Source: an uncultured delta proteobacterium
Lineage (GTDB): Bacteria > Myxococcota > Myxococcia > Myxococcales > Myxococcaceae
DNA length: 64,000 nt
Assembly: GCA_963713045.1 (NCBI GenBank)
Contig: CAVQKE010000006.1
Location: 32,001-96,000, forward strand
Direction of reading: 5' to 3'
Shown: piece by piece, positions 10,271-18,316 of the stretch
How the letters are laid out: every line of letters starts with the position of its first letter
Position numbering within the stretch: the first letter of the stretch is position 1
Made by a program: the position numbers and the translations under genes
The notes under the pieces: model-generated
The model's input: the letters and a program-made list of their open reading frames with translations, nothing else
Databases searched by the model: none
What the model was told of the DNA's origin: nothing

Positions 10271-10983
10271 GCCCCACCGACGGGCGTGGTGACGGAGAAG
10301 AAGAGTTCCCGAAGCCTTCCAGCGTGGGCCGCATCCACCGGCTCCTCCGCCACCAGCCGTCCCTGCGCCATCACCAGCACCCGGCTGGCGGTTCGCTCCA
10401 CCTCATCCAGCAGGTGACTGGAGACCAGCAGCGCGGTCCCCTGGGAGGCAAGCTGTTGAAGCAGAGCGCTGATGTCCCGTACTCCGGGTGGGTCCAGCCC
10501 GTTGAGAGGCTCATCCAGCACCAACAAGGAAGGCCGGCCGAGAAGGGCGGCAGCGACGGCCAGCCGCTGCTTCATCCCCAGCGAAAGGGCCTGCACCGGC
10601 CGGGTGCCCACCGGCAACAGGCCCACCTGCGCCAGCGCGTCCCGTCGATGGGCCACGTCCAGCGCGCGGCCGCCCAACCAGCCCACCCAGGCCAGCGCCC
10701 CCAACGCTGTCAATTCACCCGGCAGCGCCGGGGCCTCAATCAGGAAGCCAGCCGTGCCCAGCGCTGCGGCCCGCGAGGCTTGCACGTCCTGTCCCGACAG
10801 GCGCACCGCCCCGGCATCCGGCCGCACCAGCCCAGCAATCAGGCGCAAGGTGGTGCTTTTGCCGGCGCCGTTGGGGCCAAGCAGCCCAACCACTTCGCCG
10901 GACTGCACTTGGAAGGAGATGGAGTCGACGGCCTGGACTGGCCCGTAGCGCTTCGCGAGGCGAACGACGTCGAGGGCAACCAC
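10267..10983 (-). CDS. ABC exporter ATP-binding protein
   Basis: Walker A GPNGAGKST, signature LSLGMKQR, Walker B LLVLDEP, H-loop SSH. Confidence 0.93.
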   Translation of the reverse strand: MVALDVVRLAKRYGPVQAVDSISFQVQSGEVVGLLGPNGAGKSTTLRLIAGLVRPDAGAVRLSGQDVQASRAAALGTAGFLIEAPALPGELTALGALAWVGWLGGRALDVAHRRDALAQVGLLPVGTRPVQALSLGMKQRLAVAAALLGRPSLLVLDEPLNGLDPPGVRDISALLQQLASQGTALLVSSHLLDEVERTASRVLVMAQGRLVAEEPVDAAHAGRLRELFFSVTTPVGGA

Positions 10984-11078
10984 CGGCCGGCCACCCTAAC
11001 CCGCGTCGTTGGGTGGCCTCTAGCCCTGGAGCACCGCAGAAGGCGGTGCTTAGCTTGCTTGCCAGGAGGACTTGGGGT

Positions 11079-11654
11079 TTGCGCCTCTTTCTCGCCGGGC
11101 CGCTACCGGAGGCACTGCAGGCGGAGCTGTTTTCTCTGTTGACGGCCGCTCGCCGCGCTGCCTCCCAGGCGCGCTGGCTGCCCCCCGGGCAGCTGCACGT
11201 GACGCTCGCTTTTCTCGGCGAGTTGGAGGGCGCTGTCGTCCCGGGCCTGGTGGAGGCCCTGGGGCCGCTGGCACTCCGCCACCGGCCGGTGCAGCTGTGG
11301 GTGCGCGGGGCCGGAAGCTTCGGCCGTCCGCGCCGCCCGGACGTGTTGTACGCCGGGCTGGTGGGGGACCTGGAGGGCTTGGGGGCGCTGCAGGCCGACA
11401 TCCAACAGACGCTTCGTCCGTGGGCCTCCCCGACAACGGAGGCCTTTCGCCCTCACCTCACCCTGGCCCGCGCGCGTGGCCGTCAGGGAGATGGGGCCCT
11501 CGGCCGCTGTGTGCGTTCACTGCGCGAGCAACTGTTTGGCCACTTCCCGTTGGACAAGCTGGTGCTTTTCCAGAGTCAGCTGGGTCCCGGGGGCGCGCGC
11601 CATCGCCCACTCGCAGGATTTGCGCTGGCCAACGCCGCGGTGGCCGAGCTGTAG
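11079..11654 (+). CDS. thpR: RNA 2',3'-cyclic phosphodiesterase (2H phosphoesterase, LigT-like)
   Basis: RLFLA N-terminus and two HxT motifs (HVTLAFLG, PHLTLAR); TTG at 11079 follows AGGAGGA. Confidence 0.9.
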   Translation: MRLFLAGPLPEALQAELFSLLTAARRAASQARWLPPGQLHVTLAFLGELEGAVVPGLVEALGPLALRHRPVQLWVRGAGSFGRPRRPDVLYAGLVGDLEGLGALQADIQQTLRPWASPTTEAFRPHLTLARARGRQGDGALGRCVRSLREQLFGHFPLDKLVLFQSQLGPGGARHRPLAGFALANAAVAEL

Positions 11655-11700
11655 CGTTTCTTGCGTCTTCTTGCGGACAAATTCCCCGGGGGCCGATCCG

Positions 11701-11731
11701 CCCTTGACGCTCGAGACTTCCGCCTTAGGTT
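11701..11731 (+). promoter_or_regulatory. Putative (heat-shock-type) promoter for hsp20
   Basis: CCCTTGACG followed by CTTAGGTT at promoter-like spacing; resembles both sigma70 and RpoH-type consensus. Confidence 0.45.
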
Positions 11732-11755
11732 TGTTGGCAGAAGGAGGAAGCACAC

Positions 11756-12202
11756 ATGGCAACATTGACCCGCTGGGAACCCATTCCGGGCATCTCCCGG
11801 CTGCAGAGTGATTTGAATCGCTTGTTTGAAGCATCCGTCGGTGCCAACCGTGGGACCGAGTCGTTCGGCTGGGCCCCGCCGGTGGATGTTTATGAGGACG
11901 CAGAAGGGTTGACCTTCAAGTTTGAGCTGCCCGAAGTCGACCCGAAGGAAGTGCAAGTTAACTTGGAGGATGGTGTGCTCACCGTGCGTGGCGAGCGAAA
12001 GCTCGAGCGCGAGGAGCAGAAGGACAACTACCACCGGATTGAGCGTTCCTACGGCACCTTCGCTCGAAGCTTCACGCTTCCGGCGACGTTTGACGCCAAC
12101 AAGGTGACGGCCGAAACCAAGAATGGGCTGCTTCGTATCTACGTGCCGAAGCGCGCCGAGGCCAAGCCGAAGAGCATCCAAGTCAAAGTCAGCGGCAACT
12201 AA
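11756..12202 (+). CDS. Small heat-shock protein, Hsp20/alpha-crystallin family
   Basis: PPVDVYED, ELPEV, LTVRGERK, ERSYGTFARSFTLP, NGLL and C-terminal IQV motif; strong AAGGAGG RBS. Confidence 0.95.
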   Translation: MATLTRWEPIPGISRLQSDLNRLFEASVGANRGTESFGWAPPVDVYEDAEGLTFKFELPEVDPKEVQVNLEDGVLTVRGERKLEREEQKDNYHRIERSYGTFARSFTLPATFDANKVTAETKNGLLRIYVPKRAEAKPKSIQVKVSGN

Positions 12203-12204
12203 TT

Positions 12205-12229
12205 CCTCTTCCCGCAAAAAGGGAAGAGG
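12205..12229. terminator. Hairpin downstream of hsp20 (between convergent genes)
   Basis: Perfect 9-bp stem CCTCTTCCC-GCAAAAA-GGGAAGAGG just after the stop codon; no clear U-tract. Confidence 0.5.
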
Positions 12230-12318
12230 TGAAGCGGCTTGAGCGAACCCCTCCAGGCGCTTCCCATGGTGCGCTCGCCTTCCCCGGCGTGTCGGGGCGG
12301 CGGGCGCACCCTGTTTTT

Positions 12319-13068
12319 TTACTCTCCCAGGTAGGCGCGCCGAATTTCCGGGCTTGCCAACAGCTCTCGCCCTGGGCCCTCCATCGCCACCTCGCCGGTC
12401 TCCAGCACGTAGCCGTGGTCGGCGAGATTCAGTGCCAAATGGGCGTTCTGCTCCACCAGCAGAATGGACACGCCCCGCGCATTCACCTCGCGGAGGATGC
12501 GGAAAATGGTTTCCACCACCTGCGGCGCTAGGCCAAGGGAGGGCTCGTCCAACAGCAGCAGCTTGGGCCGGCTCATCAACGCCCGGCTGATGGCCAGCAT
12601 CTGCTGCTCGCCCCCCGACAGCGTGCCGCCCACCTGACGTTGGCGTTCTTTCAGTCTCGGAAACAGGCCAAAGACGTAGTCCAAGTCCTCGGCCATCTGG
12701 ACCCGGTCCTTCCGAAGGTAGCCGCCGAGGTCCAGGTTTTCCCCCACCGTCAGGTTGAGAAAGATTCCCCGTCCCTCCGGCGCGTGCGCCATTCCCCTTG
12801 GGACCAGCAGGTGGGACTTCATCCCCTGCACCGCTTCGCCCTCGAGCAGAATCCTCCCGCTTTTGGGCCGCAGCATTCCGGAGACCGCGCGGAGGGTGGT
12901 GGTTTTGCCCGCCCCGTTGGCCCCAATCAGGGCCACCACTTCACCCTTGGCTACCCGCAGTGAGATGCCTCGCAGCGCAACGATGGCCCCGTAGCTGACG
13001 TGCAGCGCCTCCACCTCGAGGATGCACTCTCGCGCCTGCCGCTCGACGGCGGGAAGCGTGGCCGTCAT
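12319..13068 (-). CDS. livF: Branched-chain amino acid ABC transporter ATP-binding protein
   Basis: GANGAGKTT, PEGRGIF, LSGGEQQMLA, LDEPSLGLAP, EQNA; ends AYLG. Confidence 0.95.
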   Translation of the reverse strand: MTATLPAVERQARECILEVEALHVSYGAIVALRGISLRVAKGEVVALIGANGAGKTTTLRAVSGMLRPKSGRILLEGEAVQGMKSHLLVPRGMAHAPEGRGIFLNLTVGENLDLGGYLRKDRVQMAEDLDYVFGLFPRLKERQRQVGGTLSGGEQQMLAISRALMSRPKLLLLDEPSLGLAPQVVETIFRILREVNARGVSILLVEQNAHLALNLADHGYVLETGEVAMEGPGRELLASPEIRRAYLGE

Positions 13069-13967
13069 GCCTCGGCCCCGGGGATGCTCAGCCCTTGGGC
13101 GGCGAGGTAGCTGTCGCCCAGGTAGGCCTCGATGACTTTGGGGTCGGTGCGGACGCGCTCCGGGCTTCCCTTGGCGATGGTTTCCCCATAGTCGAGCACC
13201 GTAATTTCCTCGCAGATGCCCATCACCAGCTTCATGTCATGTTCTATGACCAGGATGCCCAGGGCGAAGCGCGTGCGGAGCTCCCGAATCAGCACCATCA
13301 AGTCTGCCTTCTCGCGCGTATTCATCCCCGCCGCCGGCTCGTCCAACAGCAGCACCTTCGGCCCGGTGGCCAGCGCCCGCGCGATTTCCAGGCGCCGCTG
13401 CTCCCCGTACGGCAGGTTGCGTGCCTCCTCCCCCCGGCGGTGAAACAACCCCATCACATCCAACAGGGCGTCGGCTTTGACGGTGAGTGCCCGCTCCTCG
13501 CGTTGGAAGCCCGGGGTGAGCAGCATCGTCCGCCACCAGTCGGCGTAGTTGTTGACCGCCGCCATCGCCGCGGCCGCGCCGCTGCGCCTGGAGGAGCGCC
13601 GCTGGGCGGCCTCCACCCGGGCCCGACTGAAGACCGGATAGGCGTCGGACAAACACGCCACCCGGACGTTGTCCAGCGCAGTCAACGTCCGAAAGAGGCG
13701 GATGTTTTGGAAGGTGCGCGCCACGCCGAGGCGATTGATTTGGTGCGGCTTGAGCCCGTTGACGACTGCGCCGGCCACCCGGACCTCGCCCGCGGAGGGC
13801 AGGTAGACGCCGGTCAGGGCGTTGAAGGCCGTCGTCTTACCGGCCCCGTTGGGGCCGATGAGGCCCTGCAAGTCGCCCTGGTGGATGGCGAAGTGGAAGC
13901 CGGAGAGGGCCTTCAGCCCACCAAAGTGGATGGCCACCCCGTCGGCTTGAAGCAGTGGCGCACTCAC
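13065..13967 (-). CDS. livG: Branched-chain amino acid ABC transporter ATP-binding protein
   Basis: GPNGAGKTT, ARTFQNIRLF, LPYGEQRRLEIARAL, DEPAAG, IEHDM, VIEAYLG; GTG start overlaps the livM stop. Confidence 0.93.
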   Translation of the reverse strand: MSAPLLQADGVAIHFGGLKALSGFHFAIHQGDLQGLIGPNGAGKTTAFNALTGVYLPSAGEVRVAGAVVNGLKPHQINRLGVARTFQNIRLFRTLTALDNVRVACLSDAYPVFSRARVEAAQRRSSRRSGAAAAMAAVNNYADWWRTMLLTPGFQREERALTVKADALLDVMGLFHRRGEEARNLPYGEQRRLEIARALATGPKVLLLDEPAAGMNTREKADLMVLIRELRTRFALGILVIEHDMKLVMGICEEITVLDYGETIAKGSPERVRTDPKVIEAYLGDSYLAAQGLSIPGAEA

Positions 13968-15004
13968 CCCTCGTCCCTCCAGCTGCGGCCCCACCAGCGA
14001 GGGAAGGCATCCCACAGCTCGCGGCTGCCGAAGAGGCCCTGGGGCCGTGCCAGCATCAGCACCACCAACAGCATGCCGTAGACTGGCATCCGAATCTGGT
14101 CCACCTTCTGGGCCAACGCGGCGCCCCCTTCCAGTCCGCCCACCTGCAGGAAGAGGGTGCGCAGCACTTCGGGAAGCAGCGTCAGGCCGACGGCGGCGAG
14201 GATGGAGCCGCTGATGCTTCCCAGGCCACCGGCCACCACCATCGTCACCACCTCGATGCTTTTCACGAAGGTGAAGGAACCGGGGTTGATGATGGGGACG
14301 AAGTGCGCGAACAGCGCGCCTGCCACCCCGGCGAAGAAGGAGGAGATGACGAAGGCCCGGACTTTGTAGGCGGTGGTGTCCACCCCCATCGCCTCGGCGG
14401 CCACCTCGTCCTCGCGGATGGCGAGCAGCGAGCGCCCGTGCGCGCTGTCCTGAATTCGGCGGGCCACCAGCACCACCACGAAGACGCAGCTCCAAATCAT
14501 CATGAAGCTGCTGGTCTGTGGAATGCCGGACAGCCCCAGCGCTCGCCCGAAGACTTCCAAGTTGGAGACGATGACTCGAATCATCTCCCCGAAGCCCAAG
14601 GTGACGATGGCCAGGTAGTCCCCGCGAAGCCGCAACGAGGGGAGGCCCACCAAGAAGCCGGCCACGCCGGCCGCCGCCCCGCCCACCGCCAGCGAAGCCA
14701 ACAGCTGCAGCTGGTCCGACAGCCCGTGCGGCACTCCGGCGATGGCCAGGTCCTTCATCTCCAGGGCCAGCTTTCCGCCGACGTAGGCCCCCACCGCCAT
14801 GAAGCCAGCGTGGCCGATGGAAAACTGGCCAGTCATGCCGTTGATGATGTTGAGCGACACCGCGAGGATGACGTTCACCCCGACGATGGACGACAGGTAG
14901 ACGAAAAAGGGCAGCTGGCCGAGGACGACTTGCAGCCCGCCAAGCACCGCCAGGGCGACCAACAATGGGAAGACGCCGCGCAGCGGTGCAGGCAGAAAGG
15001 CCAT
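13964..15004 (-). CDS. livM: Branched-chain amino acid ABC transporter permease
   Basis: GQFSIGHAGF, LRLRGDYLAIVTLGF, AIREDEVAAEAMGV; ATG at 15004. Confidence 0.93.
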   Translation of the reverse strand: MAFLPAPLRGVFPLLVALAVLGGLQVVLGQLPFFVYLSSIVGVNVILAVSLNIINGMTGQFSIGHAGFMAVGAYVGGKLALEMKDLAIAGVPHGLSDQLQLLASLAVGGAAAGVAGFLVGLPSLRLRGDYLAIVTLGFGEMIRVIVSNLEVFGRALGLSGIPQTSSFMMIWSCVFVVVLVARRIQDSAHGRSLLAIREDEVAAEAMGVDTTAYKVRAFVISSFFAGVAGALFAHFVPIINPGSFTFVKSIEVVTMVVAGGLGSISGSILAAVGLTLLPEVLRTLFLQVGGLEGGAALAQKVDQIRMPVYGMLLVVLMLARPQGLFGSRELWDAFPRWWGRSWRDEG

Positions 15005-15012
15005 CCGCGCGG

Positions 15013-15933
15013 TCAGACTTTCTCCGCGGTCACGGTGCCGAACAGCCCGGAGGGTCGCACCAACAGCACGATGATTAAAAAGCTGAAGGCCACCGCGTCC
15101 CGCCAGCTGCTGGAGGAGTAGCCGACCACAAACTCCTCCACCAGCCCCAGCAAAAGCCCGCCCACCACCGCCCCCGGGACGTTGCCGATGCCGCCGATGA
15201 CGGCCGCGACGAAGGCCTTCAGTCCGACGTAGAGGCCCATCAGCGGCTGGACGACGGTGTCTTTGATGGCGAACAGGATGCCCGCGCCAGCGGCCAGGGC
15301 GCTGCCCAGCATGAAGGTGAGCGCGATGACGCGGTCCACCGGGATGCCCATCAGCGCGGCGGTCCGGTGGTCGAAGGACACCGCCCGCATCGCCCGGCCG
15401 AAGCGGCTCCCGTACACCAGGACCTGCAGCGCCACCATCAGCAAAAGGGCGATGAACAGCGAGATGACTTGCCAGTTCCAGATGACGACGCTGCGGTCGC
15501 CAAAGACGACCCATTCGCGCGGAGGAATAATCTCCGGAAACGCCCGGGGGGCGGCGCCCGGAAGCGGCCCGAAGTCGAGCTGGAAGCCGTAGGAAAGGGT
15601 GAAGGAGATGCCGATGGCGGTGATGAGCGCGGTGAGCCGCGGCTTCTCCCGCAGCGGCCGGTAGGCAAACCTTTCGATGAAAAGACCCAGCAGCGCGCAG
15701 CCGGCCATCGCCACCAGGAAGATGGCGGCCACGCCGAGCAGCGAGGCCTGGGCTGGCCGGCCGAGCCCAACGGCGACGGCATAGGCGAAGTACGTCCCGA
15801 CCATCATCACATCGCCATGGGCGAAGTTAATCAGCTTCAGCACGCCGTAGACCATGGTGTAGCCGAGGGCCACCAAGGCGTAAATGGTGCCGGCGGCCAG
15901 CCCGTTGATGAGGTGCTGAACCAGGTCGCCCAT
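15013..15933 (-). CDS. livH: Branched-chain amino acid ABC transporter permease
   Basis: YALVALGYTMVYGVLKLINFAHG; KAFVAAVIGGIG. Confidence 0.95.
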   Translation of the reverse strand: MGDLVQHLINGLAAGTIYALVALGYTMVYGVLKLINFAHGDVMMVGTYFAYAVAVGLGRPAQASLLGVAAIFLVAMAGCALLGLFIERFAYRPLREKPRLTALITAIGISFTLSYGFQLDFGPLPGAAPRAFPEIIPPREWVVFGDRSVVIWNWQVISLFIALLLMVALQVLVYGSRFGRAMRAVSFDHRTAALMGIPVDRVIALTFMLGSALAAGAGILFAIKDTVVQPLMGLYVGLKAFVAAVIGGIGNVPGAVVGGLLLGLVEEFVVGYSSSSWRDAVAFSFLIIVLLVRPSGLFGTVTAEKV

Positions 15934-17108
15934 CAGGGATTAATCGTCGTCACGAATTCGTACTTGCCCTTCCCCACCCTCAGCACCGCCGCCGGCTTCA
16001 CCGCATTGCGCCGGGCGTCGATGGTGACGACGCCGGCCACGCCCGGGTAGTCCTTGGTTTTTGCGATGGCATCGCGGAGCGCCGGACCGGACAAGTCCGG
16101 TGCGCGCTTCATCGCATCGATGGCCACCCCGGCTGCGTCGTAGGCCAGCGTCGCCAGCGCATCCGGCACGGCGCCGTAGGCCGCCTTGTAGGCAGCGACG
16201 AATTTCTGCACCCGGGGGCTTGGGTCGTCGGAGCTGTAGTGGTTGCTGAAGTAGTGGCCCTCCACCGCGCTGCCCCCCAATTCGAAAAGCTTCTCACTGT
16301 CCCAGCCGTCCCCGCCCATGATGGGAACCGCCAGCCCGAGCTCCCGCGCCTGGCGGGCGATGACGCCCACCTCGCTGTAGTAGCCCGGCACGTAGAGGCC
16401 CTCCGGGTTGGCCCGCTTGATGGCAGTCAGTTGGCCTCGAAAGTCGCTGTCCCCCTGGTTGTAGGTCTCGACCGCCACGATTTTCCCACCCATCTCCGTG
16501 AATTTGCGGGTGAAGACGTCGGTCAGCCCGGTGGAATAGTCACTCTTCAGGTCGCGCAGCACGGCCACCTTGCTCAGCTTCAGGTTGTCGCGGGCGAATT
16601 TCGCCATCACGAAGCCTTGAAAGGGGTCAATGAAGCAGACGCGGAAAATGTAGTCGCCAATCTCCGTCACCTTGGGATTGGTCGAGGTGGGCGTAATCAT
16701 CGGGACGTGCGCCGGCTGGGCCACGTTGGCCATGGCGATGGAGTTGGTGCTCGCCACCTCTCCGAGGATGACGGCCACATGGTCCTGGTTGACCAGCCGG
16801 GTGGTGGCGTTGGCCGCTTCCTCCGGCTTGCCCTGGTCGTCATAGACGCGCGTCTCCAGCTTCTTGCCCTTTACCCCGCCGGCGGCGTTCGCCTCCTTGA
16901 CCGCCATCTCGATGCCGTTGCGGCTTGAAATGCCGAAGGTGGCCTGACCGCCGGTGAGAGAAAACACCTCGCCGATGAGGATGGTGTCGCCGCTCGGTGC
17001 GACGCCGGCCGAGGCCGCCGCGGGTGCCGACGCTGGCGTGGCGGACTTCCTCTCGCAGCCGAGGGCGAGCAGCGCGACGGCCGCGGTGACAGCCAGATGC
17101 GTTCGCAT
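15933..17108 (-). CDS. livK: Branched-chain amino acid ABC transporter substrate-binding lipoprotein (LivK/LivJ family)
   Basis: Lipobox LALGC; type I periplasmic binding protein motifs (NAAGGVKG, YDDQGKP, FRVCFIDPFQG). Confidence 0.9.
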   Translation of the reverse strand: MRTHLAVTAAVALLALGCERKSATPASAPAAASAGVAPSGDTILIGEVFSLTGGQATFGISSRNGIEMAVKEANAAGGVKGKKLETRVYDDQGKPEEAANATTRLVNQDHVAVILGEVASTNSIAMANVAQPAHVPMITPTSTNPKVTEIGDYIFRVCFIDPFQGFVMAKFARDNLKLSKVAVLRDLKSDYSTGLTDVFTRKFTEMGGKIVAVETYNQGDSDFRGQLTAIKRANPEGLYVPGYYSEVGVIARQARELGLAVPIMGGDGWDSEKLFELGGSAVEGHYFSNHYSSDDPSPRVQKFVAAYKAAYGAVPDALATLAYDAAGVAIDAMKRAPDLSGPALRDAIAKTKDYPGVAGVVTIDARRNAVKPAAVLRVGKGKYEFVTTINP

Positions 17109-17145
17109 GGGAAACCCTCTTGAGGGGCCACAACAGGCCCGGGGT

Positions 17146-17175
17146 CTTCTAGGGGGAGGGCGCGGCAGGGGTCAA
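17146..17175 (-). promoter_or_regulatory. Putative promoter of the liv operon
   Basis: TTGACC-N18-TAGAAG on the minus strand, about 40 nt upstream of the livK ATG. Confidence 0.35.
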
Positions 17176-17212
17176 GGCAAGTTGGGCGTGCCCGCCGTCG
17201 TCCCGCCCCGGG

Positions 17213-17815
17213 TCAGTGTCGGTCTGCGTCAAGGGCGCAGTCCAGTGCGTCTTCCAGCCGGTCGTCTCCCCAGAAGAGGTCTCCGGCGGCGAGGAAGCTA
17301 GGCGCGCCGAAGACGCCGGCGGCCTCGGCGGCGGCGCCTTGGGCGCGCAGGACTTCCTTCACCTTGGAGGTCTGCGCGGCGCCCAGCACCCGCGCCGGCT
17401 CTTGCCCCTCGGCTTTCACCAACGCGCCGACGACGTCCGGTGAGGCAATGTCCTCGTCCCGTTGAAATTCGGCGCGGTACACCCCTTCGCTGAAGGCCTC
17501 GCCCCAGCCTTCTTGCAGCGCCACCACGGCCACGCGGGAGGCCAAAAGGCTGCTGCGGGGAAAGGTCGAGGGGAAGCGGACTTCAAAGCCGTAGCGGTGC
17601 CCCCGGCGGGCGACGTCCCGCCGGGCATAGGCGCCGCGCAGCGGGAAGAGGTTGAGCGGGCTGTCCAGCATTCCCTGCCCGCGGAGAATGGGACCCAGCA
17701 AGAAGGGCCGCCACCGCAGGGCCACGCCCGAGGACTTCGCCAGCGCACGGATGCGGAGCGCCGAGAGGCAGGCGTAGGGGCTGGCAAATTCGTAGAAGAA
17801 GTCGACGCTGGCCAT
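17213..17815 (-). CDS. 2-hydroxychromene-2-carboxylate isomerase / kappa-class GST (DsbA-like fold)
   Basis: VDFFYEFASPY, WRPFLLGPI, GVFGAPSF, LFWGDDRL. Confidence 0.88.
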   Translation of the reverse strand: MASVDFFYEFASPYACLSALRIRALAKSSGVALRWRPFLLGPILRGQGMLDSPLNLFPLRGAYARRDVARRGHRYGFEVRFPSTFPRSSLLASRVAVVALQEGWGEAFSEGVYRAEFQRDEDIASPDVVGALVKAEGQEPARVLGAAQTSKVKEVLRAQGAAAEAAGVFGAPSFLAAGDLFWGDDRLEDALDCALDADRH

Positions 17816-17826
17816 TGGCTTCGTCG

Positions 17827-18099
17827 CTACTGGGGAGGGTTGGGACCTGCCCCGCCGCGCGCCGCCACCTGGGAAAGGTAGCAGTTACAATTCGCCGTAT
17901 AGCCCCCGTCGCAGGCCAGCGCGGCGAGGCAGGCGTTGATGGCGTCCACCTCACTCTGCGCGCCGATGACGCCTGCAAAGGCGCCCCCGTCGCCCATCGG
18001 GCCGCAGACGCCGACGCAGTTGTAATTCAAGTCTTGGCACCCCACCGCGGCGGCCAAGCCGAGCCCAGCCACCATCAACGCCGTCAGACGTCGTCTCAC
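17827..18099 (-). CDS. Small cysteine-rich lipoprotein, function unknown
   Basis: Basic N-terminus, hydrophobic stretch and lipobox AVGC, then six more Cys; GTG at 18099 follows a purine-rich stretch. Confidence 0.65.
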   Translation of the reverse strand: MRRRLTALMVAGLGLAAAVGCQDLNYNCVGVCGPMGDGGAFAGVIGAQSEVDAINACLAALACDGGYTANCNCYLSQVAARGGAGPNPPQ

Positions 18100-18316
18100 C
18101 TTTTGCCCCTCGTCCACTGACAACCACGTGGGACTTCGCGAAAATTCCCTTGGCCGTTTCCGTCAAGCCTCCCCTGGGGGGGAGGCGGCCCGCTCTCTAG
18201 CAGAGGAGAGCCGCGCGCGCCCGCATCGTCGGGCGGCGCTTTCCGCGGCGGGACCGGACCCGGGGGGGGGGGCGCTCGCCGTGGGCCAAGCCAGTGTGGG
18301 AGAAGCCCTTCCACCC

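Noticed and set aside
9474..10334. N-terminal extension of the FG-GAP ORF to 792 aa
   Set aside because: It overlaps the ABC permease in another frame; a TTG with a signal peptide at 9473 is the more credible start.
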